64,000 nt of DNA from positions 22,675-86,674 of the forward strand of contig JBCCVQ010000015.1 in assembly GCA_039194965.1 (NCBI GenBank). The letters are read 5' to 3'. This DNA is from Pseudomonadota bacterium (GTDB taxonomy: Bacteria > Pseudomonadota > Alphaproteobacteria > Caulobacterales > Hyphomonadaceae). Both the position numbers and the translations under genes were made by a program. Each line of letters begins with the position of its first letter. Positions within the stretch are counted from its first letter, which is position 1. Of this stretch, positions 41,995-52,365 are shown piece by piece. The notes under the pieces are model-generated. The model worked only from the letters and a program-made list of their open reading frames with translations, ran no database searches and had not been told where the DNA came from.

Positions 41995-43672
41995 GACATT
42001 CGACTTCATCATTGTTGGCGCAGGTTCGGCGGGCTGCGTATTGGCCAATCGTTTGTCTGAGGACGGCAAGCATTCGGTCCTTCTGCTTGAAGCCGGCGGC
42101 AGCGATCGCAACATCCTGATCGCTATGCCAACGGCGTTGTCTTACCCGATGGCGTCGAAGACCTATAATTGGGGTTATGAGTCTGACCCTGAGCCTTATG
42201 TCGAAAATCGGCGCATTACGTGTCCACGTGGCAAAGGGTTAGGCGGCACATCTTCAATCAATGGTATGGTGTATGTGCGCGGCCATGCCTGCGACTTTGA
42301 CGAGTGGGAAACCCTCGGCGCTAAGGGCTGGGGCTATGCCGACTGCCTGCCCTATTTTAAACGCTCCGAGACCTGGCAAGGCGGCGAAGACTTGTATCGC
42401 GGCGGAGCTGGTCCGCTCGGCGTCTCCGGCGGGAACAATATGTCCCGCAATCCGCTATATCAGGCGTTTATCGATGCGGGAGTTGAGGCAGGCTATCCAC
42501 GAACAGAAGACTATAATGGCGAATGCGGCGAAGGCTTCGGTCCGATGCATATGACAGTCGCCGACGGCGTCCGCGCCTCGACATCTCGGGCGTATCTACG
42601 CCCGGCGCTGAAACGATCCAATTTGACGGTCATGAAGCAGGTTCTGGTCGATCGCTTGATCGTCGAGGGAAAGCGAGTCACCGGCGTCGTTGGCGCACAC
42701 AAAGGCAAGCCAGTGGAGCTGATAGCCGGCCGGGAAGTCATCCTGTCGGCTGGGTCAATCGCTTCACCCATGATCCTTCAGCGATCTGGTATCGGCCCGG
42801 CGGCACTACTGAAGCGACTTGGCATCACACCGCACCATGATTTGCCGGGGATTGGCCAAAACCTACAAGACCATCTTGAAGTCTATTTTCAATATCATTG
42901 CAAACAGCCGGTCAGCCTCAACAGCCAACTTAATCTGTTTAGCAAGTTTCTGATTGGCGCACGCTGGTTCTTCTTTAAATCAGGCCTCGGCGCGACCAAT
43001 CACTTTGAGTCTTGTGCCTTTATTCGATCCCGCGCAGGTTTGAAATCGCCCGACATTCAATATCACTTCCTGCCAGCAGCGATGCGCTATGACGGCACAA
43101 CTTCGATCAAAGGTCACGGCTTTCAAGTTCATGTTGGGCCCAACAAACCAAAAAGCCGCGGTCGTGTTGAAATCACATCAGCGGACCCGGCGGCGCATCC
43201 GAGCATTTTATTCAACTATCTGCAGCACGAGAATGACATCGCCGCCTGGCGCCAATGTATTCGCCTGACGCGGGAAATCATCGCCCAACCCGCTATGGAG
43301 GCTTATCGCGGCGAGGAACTTCAACCCGGTCTGGAGATTCAATCGGACGCGGATATCGATCGCTGGGTGCGCGAGAATGTTGAAAGTGCTTATCACCCAT
43401 GTGGAACAGCTCAGATGGGCATGACAGACGATCCGAATGCAGTGGTCGACACAGATTGCCGCGTACGCGGCCTCGACGGCGTGCGGGTGGTCGACGCCTC
43501 TGTCTTCCCAACGGTGCCGTATGGTAACATCAATGCGCCGACCATTATGGTGGCCGAGAAAGCGGCAGATGCGATTCTAGGTAAGGCGCCACTTTCACCC
43601 GTGGCGGCTCCATTCTGGACCGATCCGAATTGGGAAACACAACAAAGGCCGGGTGCCGCATCACGTCGCTGA
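41987..43672 (+). CDS. betA: GMC-family FAD oxidoreductase, choline dehydrogenase-like
   Basis: 561 aa. It has the FAD fold [40 protein letters not shown], the C-terminal active-site region [11 protein letters not shown] and VVDASVFP. Confidence 0.75.
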   Translation: MDKTFDFIIVGAGSAGCVLANRLSEDGKHSVLLLEAGGSDRNILIAMPTALSYPMASKTYNWGYESDPEPYVENRRITCPRGKGLGGTSSINGMVYVRGHACDFDEWETLGAKGWGYADCLPYFKRSETWQGGEDLYRGGAGPLGVSGGNNMSRNPLYQAFIDAGVEAGYPRTEDYNGECGEGFGPMHMTVADGVRASTSRAYLRPALKRSNLTVMKQVLVDRLIVEGKRVTGVVGAHKGKPVELIAGREVILSAGSIASPMILQRSGIGPAALLKRLGITPHHDLPGIGQNLQDHLEVYFQYHCKQPVSLNSQLNLFSKFLIGARWFFFKSGLGATNHFESCAFIRSRAGLKSPDIQYHFLPAAMRYDGTTSIKGHGFQVHVGPNKPKSRGRVEITSADPAAHPSILFNYLQHENDIAAWRQCIRLTREIIAQPAMEAYRGEELQPGLEIQSDADIDRWVRENVESAYHPCGTAQMGMTDDPNAVVDTDCRVRGLDGVRVVDASVFPTVPYGNINAPTIMVAEKAADAILGKAPLSPVAAPFWTDPNWETQQRPGAASRR

Positions 43673-43938
43673 GGACTATTCAATTTCGCGGATCAAAACA
43701 TGAAGAATGTACTCAATTTGGCGCAACATGACTTACAGAGTTAGGGACAAAAGGCGCAATCTGCCACCAACCTTGCCGGTCCGATTTAGATAGCAGACCG
43801 ACCAATTTCTCAGTCTATCGTTACATTACCTGTCGCTCACAAGGCCGACTTGGTCTGTCGAATTCATGCTCCAGATGATTGCATCCTCTGGCAAATTGAG
43901 GCGAAGTGATCAGAAGAATACATATCAGGAGAGCGTGC

Positions 43939-45855
43939 GTGCGATTACCAGTGATTGTTAGCATGGGCGGCGTCAACGCTGCCGGTCGTACTTCAGGCCA
44001 TCAGAGTTACCGCCGTATGGTGTTGGGACAGCTGTCTGAGGCTGAGCAAGCGCAAACTATTTGCGGACTTGCCGTGATGATGCAGCTTGTAAGCGCAAAC
44101 GATGATGGCACCTATGCCCCGAATGATGACCAAGCCAATGACCAGACTTTGTCACAAGCAGATGTGGTAAACCGCTTCAAAGACGCGGTCCTAAGTGGCA
44201 CATTGGTTCGGCGTGTTGAACCCTCCCATTTTGATGTGGACGCACTGTATTGGCAATCCAATGCTTCTCTACAGCCTGAAGGCGAGGCGTTCTGCTTCAA
44301 CTTGGCAACAGATAAAGTCCCGGTAAATCCACCCGACTCCTGGGCCATTGAGACTGTCGACGACAAAACCGTGCGGGTGACCGTAAACGGCGCGCTCGAC
44401 GTAAAATTTGAAAATGTGCGCGACTTTCCCATCAAAGCGGCGGGACAGCTGCCGACCGGATTCGACATGGCGCGCCTTTACAATTCTCGATTTCAACCGC
44501 GTGGCCTACAAATGGCGCTGTTCGGTGCAACGGATGCGTTGCGTGCGATGGGGATCGAATGGGAGACCGTGTTGGAACACATTGGCCCGGATGAAGTGGG
44601 GGTCTATTCTAGCAGCGGCTTCGGCCAAATGGACAAAGAGGGCTATGGCGGTATGCATCAAGCCCGGATGAAAGGCGAGCGGGTCTCAACCAAGGCGCTG
44701 GTCATGGGCATCAACTCGATGCCAACCGATTTCATCAACGCTTATGTCCTTTCAAATGTCGGCATTGCGAGCAGCTCGGTTGCAGCGTGCGCGACGTTCC
44801 TTTCAAACTTGCGGCATGCTGTGTCTGATCTGCAAGCTGGCAAAATTCGCGTGGCCATGGTCGGCAATAGTGAGGCCCCGATCGGCCCTGAATTGATGGA
44901 TGGATTTGGCACCATGGGTGCGCTCGCCAGCGATGATGCGATGGTCAAAACGTATGGCGATCCAAACGTCGATCATCGTCGTGCCAGCCGACCGTTCGGA
45001 AAGAATTGCGGCTTCACCATTGGTGAGTCGAGCCAATACTTCATTCTCATGGATGATGCGCTCGCGATGGAGCTCGGCGCGCCGTGCCTCGGCGCCATAC
45101 CAGACGTGTTCATTGATGCGGATGGCACCAAAAAGTCCATCACCGCCCCAGGGCCTGGTAATCATATTAGTATGGCCAAAGCGACCGCCGCGGCTGCGAA
45201 TATCGTGGGTCTCGATACGGTCAGGGAGAATAGCTTCGTACTCGCCCACGGCTCGAGCACACCACAGAACAGGGTCACTGAATCTCAGATATTTGACCAA
45301 GTCGCAGAAGCGTTCGGGATCGAGTCTTGGCCTGTGGTCGCGGTTAAAGCCTTCCTTGGACATACGATCGCTCCAGCGAGCGGCGATCAATTAACCGCGG
45401 CGCTCGGTTGCTTTGCACATGGGGTGTTGCCCGGAATCTCCACGATTGATGCTGTCGCCGAGGATGTGCACCAATCTCGATTGAAACTCGGTCCGGATCA
45501 CCAGGTTAGAAACACTGAAGATTTGGAAGTTGCCATTCTCAACTCGAAAGGTTTTGGCGGCAATAATGCATCCGCGGTGGTGCTCTCGCCTGCCCGAACC
45601 GAAGCCATGTTGGAAAAACGATACGGGTCAGACAGGATGGCGGCCTATCTCGATAAACGCGAGACCGCCCTCGGCGCGTCCCAAACATATATCGATGGCG
45701 CAGATCGGGGAGCGTACGCGCCGATTTACCGGTTCGGCGACCCTCAGATTGCTGAAAGCGATATCGACATGACGACGTCGGCCATCACGATCAAAGGATT
45801 GGCCAACCGTATCGAGCTGCCCAGCCAAAACAATTATGCCGACATGACTGACTGA
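43939..45855 (+). CDS. fabY: FabY-class (PA5174-like) beta-ketoacyl synthase, KAS I/II fold
   Basis: The track ORF starts at 43906. The GTG at 43939 sits 6 nt after AGGAGA and gives VRLPVIVSMGGVNAAGRTSGHQSYRRMV..., which matches the remembered FabY N-terminus MSRLPVIVGFGGYNAAGRSS. It has the Cys-His-His triad contexts AACATFL, AHGSSTPQNR and KAFLGHT, plus NSKGFGGNNAS. Confidence 0.7.
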   Translation: MRLPVIVSMGGVNAAGRTSGHQSYRRMVLGQLSEAEQAQTICGLAVMMQLVSANDDGTYAPNDDQANDQTLSQADVVNRFKDAVLSGTLVRRVEPSHFDVDALYWQSNASLQPEGEAFCFNLATDKVPVNPPDSWAIETVDDKTVRVTVNGALDVKFENVRDFPIKAAGQLPTGFDMARLYNSRFQPRGLQMALFGATDALRAMGIEWETVLEHIGPDEVGVYSSSGFGQMDKEGYGGMHQARMKGERVSTKALVMGINSMPTDFINAYVLSNVGIASSSVAACATFLSNLRHAVSDLQAGKIRVAMVGNSEAPIGPELMDGFGTMGALASDDAMVKTYGDPNVDHRRASRPFGKNCGFTIGESSQYFILMDDALAMELGAPCLGAIPDVFIDADGTKKSITAPGPGNHISMAKATAAAANIVGLDTVRENSFVLAHGSSTPQNRVTESQIFDQVAEAFGIESWPVVAVKAFLGHTIAPASGDQLTAALGCFAHGVLPGISTIDAVAEDVHQSRLKLGPDHQVRNTEDLEVAILNSKGFGGNNASAVVLSPARTEAMLEKRYGSDRMAAYLDKRETALGASQTYIDGADRGAYAPIYRFGDPQIAESDIDMTTSAITIKGLANRIELPSQNNYADMTD

Positions 45856-45866
45856 TTGGCGGAGGC

Positions 45867-47021
45867 ATGAGCGATCTAAGAACTGTCACTGACATGCTAG
45901 AGACGTTGATAGGGTTCGATACGACGTCGCGAAACTCCAATCTCGACGCCATCGAGTGGATCGAATCCCATTTGGAACCCTTAGGCGTAACTCTGACCCG
46001 GATAGAGAACAGCGCCCAAAATAAGTCGAATCTTTGGGCTCGAATTGGGCCCGATGTGCCCGGAGGCGTGGTCTTGTCAGGCCACACAGATGTCGTCCCA
46101 GTGGACGGACAAGATTGGCAGACAGACCCGTTTTCGATGACAGAGCTCGATGCACGTTTATATGGCCGCGGGACCAGTGACATGAAGGGCTTTATCGCCC
46201 TGTGTCTCGCCTTCGCCCCAGCAATTTCCGAACTGGACTTGCAGCGACCCATCCATTTTGCGTTTTCCTATGACGAAGAAGTCGGCTGCCAAGGCGCACC
46301 GCATATGATCCGCAAAATGGTCGAGCAAGGTGCACGGCCGGATGCCGTCTGGGTGGGAGAACCAACCCTCTGGCAAGTGGTCTCGGGTCATAAAGGGATC
46401 CGGTTGACCGAAGTGGTCGTCACTGGAAAAGAAGCCCATTCGAGCTTACCGCATCTCGGCATCTCAGCGAATGGCGAAGCCGTCGATTTGATGATCGAAT
46501 TGCGAAAAATTCAAAGCGAACTGATCGCAACCTCAGACCCTGACTCGCCATTTGATCCGCCCTACCCCACCCTGAGCATTGGCGAATTAAACGGCGGCAC
46601 CGCCACCAATATTCTGGCCCGCGAGTGCAAGTTCTTATTCGACCTGCGATGTCCGCCAGGATATGATGCAGACGCCGTGCTCGCGCCTTTTTTGCAAGCA
46701 GCAAAGGCAAAAAATTTGGAGTTGAAGTCACGCTTTGAAGAGTGCGGCGTGACCGTCACTCAACTCACCGACGTTCCATTCTTAGCGCCGGGCGAAGACA
46801 ATCATGCTGAAACACTTTTGCGTGCTCTAACCGGCGACAATGCGCTCCGCGCTGTCGCTTATGCGACCGAAGCGGGCCAGTTTCACGAAGCTGGGATGCC
46901 GTCTGTCATTTGCGGACCAGGCTCGATTGATCAAGCCCACACGCCGAATGAATTTATCGACATGGCCCAGTTGAGCGAAGGGGTGGAAATCTTCAAGAAA
47001 TTCATCCGCCGCATCGCCTAA
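45867..47021 (+). CDS. M20-family metallo-deacylase, acetylornithine deacetylase (ArgE)-like
   Basis: 384 aa starting 11 nt after the ketosynthase stop, with GGAGG as the SD. Motifs are SGHTDVVP, GRGTSDMKG, and DEEVG in the metal ligand region. Confidence 0.75.
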   Translation: MSDLRTVTDMLETLIGFDTTSRNSNLDAIEWIESHLEPLGVTLTRIENSAQNKSNLWARIGPDVPGGVVLSGHTDVVPVDGQDWQTDPFSMTELDARLYGRGTSDMKGFIALCLAFAPAISELDLQRPIHFAFSYDEEVGCQGAPHMIRKMVEQGARPDAVWVGEPTLWQVVSGHKGIRLTEVVVTGKEAHSSLPHLGISANGEAVDLMIELRKIQSELIATSDPDSPFDPPYPTLSIGELNGGTATNILARECKFLFDLRCPPGYDADAVLAPFLQAAKAKNLELKSRFEECGVTVTQLTDVPFLAPGEDNHAETLLRALTGDNALRAVAYATEAGQFHEAGMPSVICGPGSIDQAHTPNEFIDMAQLSEGVEIFKKFIRRIA

Positions 47022-47034
47022 ACGGCACACCACT

Positions 47035-47274
47035 TTATTGCGATGCTAACCACGGAACGACGATAAAGTGCGCAATCAATGTCAGAATGATCGCGCCGCC
47101 GGTGGCCCAGAGCGCTTTCTTCTTTAGCATCGGCTCTTTTGGTGCGGCCTCTTCAGTGCCTTCGACCACGTCACCATCCTGTTCATATTGCGATGTGACA
47201 CCGATCGGCAGCACGCAAAAAAAGCAAAGCCACCAAGAAATGATGAGAATAACGACGAAGCCCACGGGATCCAT
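47035..47274 (-). CDS. DUF1467-family small membrane protein
   Basis: 79 aa with two TM helices. It is directly abutted to the mce stop. From memory, this position downstream of mce/rnj/nuo is typical of alphaproteobacteria. Confidence 0.6.
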   Translation of the reverse strand: MDPVGFVVILIISWWLCFFCVLPIGVTSQYEQDGDVVEGTEEAAPKEPMLKKKALWATGGAIILTLIAHFIVVPWLASQ

Positions 47275-47709
47275 TTAGTGATGCCCGTCTTTCGGCGTTT
47301 CCATCAACTCGACCAGCACACCATTAGAGTTTTTCGGATGCACAAAAATAATCATCGTCCCATGTGCGCCAATCCGCGGCTCTCCGAGCACCGTCGCGCC
47401 GCGGGTCTTCATTTCGTCGACCGCTTGGTTGATGTCTGCCACTTCGAAACAGACATGGTGCTGGCCGCCCCGGGGATTCTTTTGGATGAAGTTGTGAATG
47501 GGGCTGTTTTCATCGAGCGGCTCAATCAGCTCGATCTGGCTATTTGGCAAGTTCACAAAGCAGACTTTCACACCTTGCGCCGGCATGTCGAAAGGTTCGG
47601 TGACATCCGTCGCGCCATACAGTGTGCGATAGGTATCCATCGCTTCGTTGAGATCCGGAACGGCGACCCCGACATGATTCAGCGGTCCAATTTTGAAAGC
47701 AGCAGTCAT
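47275..47709 (-). CDS. mce: Methylmalonyl-CoA epimerase (VOC family)
   Basis: 144 aa with LNHVGVAVPDL, the QIELIEPL and HHVCFEV metal-ligand contexts, and VLVELME. Confidence 0.82.
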   Translation of the reverse strand: MTAAFKIGPLNHVGVAVPDLNEAMDTYRTLYGATDVTEPFDMPAQGVKVCFVNLPNSQIELIEPLDENSPIHNFIQKNPRGGQHHVCFEVADINQAVDEMKTRGATVLGEPRIGAHGTMIIFVHPKNSNGVLVELMETPKDGHH

Positions 47710-47724
47710 AGCCAGTCTCCTTTG

Positions 47725-49410
47725 CTAGACCCTTAGCACATTGACATCGACGATGGGCTTGCGACCGAACGTCCGTTCGCAGGCTTTCTTGACGGCCCTC
47801 GTGAGGACTCGCTCAACTTCTTCATCATCTTGGCGTTTCCGGCGCTTCATTGCGCTGACTGCCTCTTCAACGAACTCGTCGACATCAATAAGGCTTTCGT
47901 CAGCATTGCTGCCATCTGGTTCAGATAATCCGCGCGCGGTAAGCAATGGACCATCAACCACATCGCCGTCCTCGTCGATCGCGATGGCAACACTGACATG
48001 GCCCCAATTGGCGAGGGCGCGGCGTTCCCGAATACCTTCACTTTCCGCAGGTACGAGCCGACTACCATCCAGATAGAGGCGACCATTGGGCACAGAATCG
48101 ATGGTCTGTGCAGGTCCCGGGGCAATGCGAATGAGATCACCATTTCGAGGCGTAACCGCCTCGCTGACCTGCAGACTTTTTGCGTAAGCTGCGTGTTCCA
48201 TAATATGCCGCCGCTCGCCGTGTACCGGCACAGCGATCTTAGGGCGTACCCATTGATACATTCGACGCAATTCATCTCGCGCAGGATGACCGGAGACGTG
48301 GATCGGACCATCCGTCATTTTATCTGTAATCACGCGGACGCCCTTTTCCGCGAGCGCATTTTGCATGTCGTAAATGCCCTTTTCATTGCCCGGGATCACA
48401 CGGCTCGAGAAGATCACTGTATCGCCATCACCGAGGCTAATATGGCGATGATCATCGCGTGAAATCCGCCCCAGGGCGGCACGGGCTTCGCCTTGCGATC
48501 CGGTACACAGGAAAAGCAAATTATCGTCCGGCAAACTCCCCGCTTGGTCTTCACTGATTAGGTCCGGTAGATCTTTGATCACACCCGTGGCAATCGCGGC
48601 ATCCGTGATCTTATGCATGCTGCGACCGACGAGACACACGCTCCGGCCAGCGGCGCGAGCAGCTTCGATCACGCTGGCGACTCGCGCCACGTTAGAGGCG
48701 AATGTGGTTACAGCAACCCGGCCAGATAGGCTCGCGATAAGCTCTTTAAGGTTCTCCCGCACCACGCCTTCAGACCCACTCTCACCCTCAACGAAGACAT
48801 TCGTGCTGTCACAAACCATAGCGAGTACGCCTGCGTCGCCAAGTTCAGAGAGCGCATCGATGTCGGTTTGGTCACCGATTTGAGGATCCGGATCAATCTT
48901 CCAGTCACCCGTGTGCAAAATCGTGCCGAGCGGGGTTTCGAGCGCCAAAGCGTTAGGTTCGGGGATCGAATGTGTGAGTGTGATATAGCGCACCTTGAAT
49001 GGTCCAGCTTTGACCTCAGCACCAAGCGGTAAGACTTGAATGCTGGTCTTCTTATCGCCGCGTTCGATGAGTTTCGCTTGCGCTAAATGCGCAGTAAATG
49101 GCGTGGCATAAATGGGCGCGCGGGTTTGGAGCCGAGGTAATATAAGGCCGATCGCACCAATATGGTCTTCATGAGCGTGGGTTAGGAAAATCGCGTCGAT
49201 TTGATCGCCCTGCTCCTCGAAAAAGGCGGGATCCGGTGTAATTAGGTCGATACCTGGCGTATCATCGCCCCCGAATGTCACACCGACATCAATCAATATC
49301 CAGCGGCGATCGTGCGCAGGACCGTAGCCGTACGCATTGAGATTCATCCCAATCTCACCACATCCACCCAATGGCAGAAACACTAGCTCTGCGTCGCCCC
49401 GATTTGCCAT
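47725..49410 (-). CDS. rnj: Ribonuclease J (MBL / beta-CASP)
   Basis: 561 aa with the HxHxDH motif THAHEDHIGA, the beta-CASP region and HVSGH. Confidence 0.85.
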   Translation of the reverse strand: MANRGDAELVFLPLGGCGEIGMNLNAYGYGPAHDRRWILIDVGVTFGGDDTPGIDLITPDPAFFEEQGDQIDAIFLTHAHEDHIGAIGLILPRLQTRAPIYATPFTAHLAQAKLIERGDKKTSIQVLPLGAEVKAGPFKVRYITLTHSIPEPNALALETPLGTILHTGDWKIDPDPQIGDQTDIDALSELGDAGVLAMVCDSTNVFVEGESGSEGVVRENLKELIASLSGRVAVTTFASNVARVASVIEAARAAGRSVCLVGRSMHKITDAAIATGVIKDLPDLISEDQAGSLPDDNLLFLCTGSQGEARAALGRISRDDHRHISLGDGDTVIFSSRVIPGNEKGIYDMQNALAEKGVRVITDKMTDGPIHVSGHPARDELRRMYQWVRPKIAVPVHGERRHIMEHAAYAKSLQVSEAVTPRNGDLIRIAPGPAQTIDSVPNGRLYLDGSRLVPAESEGIRERRALANWGHVSVAIAIDEDGDVVDGPLLTARGLSEPDGSNADESLIDVDEFVEEAVSAMKRRKRQDDEEVERVLTRAVKKACERTFGRKPIVDVNVLRV

Positions 49411-49419
49411 ATGCCCCGA

Positions 49420-50193
49420 TTAATCTTTCTTGTTGCGGCGGTAGACCTCTAGCAGGCCGACCTCCATCAATGTTTGATCGAAGTGATCTATCGTTTGACT
49501 TGCACCATCAAAAAGGGACGCAACGCCGCCGGTTGCGATAACTTTGAGTGGTGCTGAATATTCAGCCTTAACGCGGTTCACCAAGCCATCAATTAGATCA
49601 ATATATCCCCAAAATACACCTGACTGCATCGCACTGACTGTATCTTGCCCGATCACTTGTGGCGGCTTTTGGATAGCGATACGCGGCAATTGCGCTGCCG
49701 CATCATGCAATGCTCGCATGGAGAGGTTTATTCCAGGTGAAATAATCCCGCCCTCAAAGCCACCATCTGGTCCGACCAGATCGAACGTTGTCGCTGTGCC
49801 GCTATCGATGACCAATTTCGCGCCTTGATACAATTGGTGCGCGCCAATGGCCGCAACCAGTCGGTCTGCACCGACCTGTTCCGGGCGCCTAATCCGAATA
49901 GGCACACCGAGTTTCGTCTCTGGGTCTCCGACAAACATCGGTTCGGCATCAAAATAGCGCCGCGACAAGTTTCGAAAGTTAAACTTCGCTTGCGGCACCA
50001 CCGATGAAATGATGCAGCCTTTAATCTGCGAGAGTTCGAGCTTCTCCAATCGCATGAGCGTGCCCAGCCATACCGCATAATCATCCGCGGTGCGGGTCGC
50101 ATCTGTGGAGCTGCGCCAGCTCGACACCCATTCTTTTTCATTGTGGAGGGCGAACACGGTATTGGTGTTACCCACATCAATCACTAAAAGCAT
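49420..50193 (-). CDS. coaX: Type III pantothenate kinase
   Basis: 257 aa with [19 protein letters not shown] and ATGG. Its start overlaps the birA stop by 1 nt (TGATG). Confidence 0.9.
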   Translation of the reverse strand: MLLVIDVGNTNTVFALHNEKEWVSSWRSSTDATRTADDYAVWLGTLMRLEKLELSQIKGCIISSVVPQAKFNFRNLSRRYFDAEPMFVGDPETKLGVPIRIRRPEQVGADRLVAAIGAHQLYQGAKLVIDSGTATTFDLVGPDGGFEGGIISPGINLSMRALHDAAAQLPRIAIQKPPQVIGQDTVSAMQSGVFWGYIDLIDGLVNRVKAEYSAPLKVIATGGVASLFDGASQTIDHFDQTLMEVGLLEVYRRNKKD

Positions 50194-50933
50194 CAGCTAA
50201 CTCGTTTCACTAGGTCTACATCGCCGGCCCTTATGATGCGCTGCTCGCCATTGGGCAATCGCAAGATCAGGGCGCCATCATCGGACAGACCCTCAAATAT
50301 GCCTTCTATACGCCGATCGGAAGGCCCCGCGCGCACAATTTTCCCACGACCTTCGGCGACATTGAGCCAGGCATTCAATAGGCCGGAAAAGTCGGTTCGG
50401 GCTTGCTCGATCCGGGCGCGAACGGCGGCACGCAAGTCATCCAAAACCAAATCCGGCGTCAATGCCTGGATTCCCCCCTCTTCGACCAAGGAAGTTGCAG
50501 ATTGATCGACATTATCAGGTGAGTGCTGAACGTTCATGCCGATCCCCAAGGCGACCCAGACGACGCCGTTTGTCTCTCCAGTCTCGGTCAAGATCCCGCT
50601 AATCTTGCGGCCATGAATACGTACATCGTTCGGCCATTTCAGCAGCGCTCCGATGCCTGGAACCAGAGCCGTGCAGGTGTCGTGTACTGCGAGCGCTGCG
50701 GCAAACGGAACCCTAGCCGCGTGCGCTAATCCGCCGGGTTCCGGAAACAAATAGGTCGAGAACAGATTGCCAGTTGGCGAAACCCACGCTCGCCCCAAAC
50801 GCCCCTTCCCGGCTGTCTGTTGACGCGCTGCAATCCAAATCGCAGTCGTCTCTCCCCGGCGGGCGCGGCGCTTGGCTTCCTCGCTGGTACTGTCGATTTC
50901 ATCATACCAGTAAACTGGCGCAGAGTGACTCAC
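50193..50933 (-). CDS. birA: Biotin--[acetyl-CoA-carboxylase] ligase (group I, no HTH domain)
   Basis: 246 aa with [15 protein letters not shown], a variant of GRGRxGRxW. The GTG start overlaps the nuoN TGA (GTGA). Confidence 0.85.
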   Translation of the reverse strand: MSHSAPVYWYDEIDSTSEEAKRRARRGETTAIWIAARQQTAGKGRLGRAWVSPTGNLFSTYLFPEPGGLAHAARVPFAAALAVHDTCTALVPGIGALLKWPNDVRIHGRKISGILTETGETNGVVWVALGIGMNVQHSPDNVDQSATSLVEEGGIQALTPDLVLDDLRAAVRARIEQARTDFSGLLNAWLNVAEGRGKIVRAGPSDRRIEGIFEGLSDDGALILRLPNGEQRIIRAGDVDLVKRVS

Positions 50934-52360
50934 GAGACCAATCCTGCGGCCACCGAAGCGGCGAGCTCGCTGAATGGACTTACAAAGACGAGTAGCGCCA
51001 CACTGATGATCGCCGTCGTGTAGACCGTTGCAGTGACCCAGCCATCAACGGGCTCAAAATCTGCGGCCTGATCATCGAACCACATGATCTTCACGATGCG
51101 TAGATAATAATACATCGCGACCACAGAGCTTAAAACCAGGACGATAATCAAAGGCATCAAGCCCGCATCCCATCCAGCCTCCAACACGGCCAACTTGCCC
51201 AAGAATCCAAAGGCCAGTGGGAAACCGGACACAGAGACCAAGAGCACGGTCAAAGCCGTCGCTAGACCCGGCTGGCGGCGAATAAGACCGGCGAGTTCGT
51301 CAATATTCTCGACCATACCACCTTCGCGGCGCATCGATAGAACACCTCCAAACAGACCGAGTGATGCGATTACATAAGCGGTCATGAAGATGAGCAAAGA
51401 CCCCGCGCCATACTGCACACCGGCAGCGACCGCAACCAAAGCATAGCCCATATTGGCGACTGAGGAATACCCCAGCAATCGCTTGAGATTAGCTTGTGGC
51501 AGCGCACCGAAAGCGCCGATGAGCATCGACGCCGCTGCGATAATGCCAATGATCATTTGCCAATTGTCAACTGCCGTCGCCTGCGGGAATGCGGTAAACA
51601 TGACGATCGCAAACACCACCATACTGGCCATTTTCGGTGCGGTTGCGAAGAAGGCGACGACGGGGCTTGGCGAGCCTTCATAAACATCCGGCGTCCAAAC
51701 ATGCATCGGCGCAGCGGAAACTTTAAAGGCCAGCCCCGTAATCATCAGCACCATGCCAAACATGAATCCGATGGTGGCCTCCGATTCAGCGATCACTTCG
51801 TAGCTGGTGCTGCCAGAGAAACCGTAAACTAGCGACATGCCATAAAGCAGCAAGCCGGACGCGAGCGCCCCGAGAACGAAGTATTTCAGGCCGGCTTCCG
51901 CTGAACGCGGACTATCGCGATGGAATGAGGCAAGCACGTAAGATGACAGGCTCAACGTCTCGACGCCGAGATACAGAGTCATAAAGTCAGACGAAGATAG
52001 AATGATCCCCATGCCCAACGCGGCGAAGATGACCAGTAAGGCATATTCGTAGCGCATCGTATCATGTTGGCGCAGGAACCCCTCGGCCATCAAAAGCGTG
52101 ATCCCGGCGCAGACAAAGCTGACGACTTTCGCAAAATTAGCGAAACTGCTGGTTTCAACCAAACCATCGAAAGCGCGACCACCTGGCCAATAGAGCGCCG
52201 CCAGAGCCGCCGCCGCAAACAGCACAACGGCACCGATCTTAAATGACAGCCCATTAAACCGGTCACCAATCAACGCGCCGACCGTCACACCAAGCAACCC
52301 GGCGGCAGCCAACAGGAGTTCAGGCGCAATCGTATTTAGGATGGCTTCTAGATCAAACAT
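50930..52360 (-). CDS. nuoN: NADH-quinone oxidoreductase subunit N
   Basis: 476-aa antiporter-like polytopic protein in the last position of the nuo operon. Confidence 0.93.
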   Translation of the reverse strand: MFDLEAILNTIAPELLLAAAGLLGVTVGALIGDRFNGLSFKIGAVVLFAAAALAALYWPGGRAFDGLVETSSFANFAKVVSFVCAGITLLMAEGFLRQHDTMRYEYALLVIFAALGMGIILSSSDFMTLYLGVETLSLSSYVLASFHRDSPRSAEAGLKYFVLGALASGLLLYGMSLVYGFSGSTSYEVIAESEATIGFMFGMVLMITGLAFKVSAAPMHVWTPDVYEGSPSPVVAFFATAPKMASMVVFAIVMFTAFPQATAVDNWQMIIGIIAAASMLIGAFGALPQANLKRLLGYSSVANMGYALVAVAAGVQYGAGSLLIFMTAYVIASLGLFGGVLSMRREGGMVENIDELAGLIRRQPGLATALTVLLVSVSGFPLAFGFLGKLAVLEAGWDAGLMPLIIVLVLSSVVAMYYYLRIVKIMWFDDQAADFEPVDGWVTATVYTTAIISVALLVFVSPFSELAASVAAGLVS

Positions 52361-52365
52361 GGGCT

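Noticed and set aside
44803-45390. 195-aa minus-strand ORF and 164-aa plus-strand alternative frame inside the ketosynthase gene
   Set aside because: Both overlap the strongly motif-supported FabY-like frame. Neither has a signal sequence, recognisable motifs or a plausible RBS.
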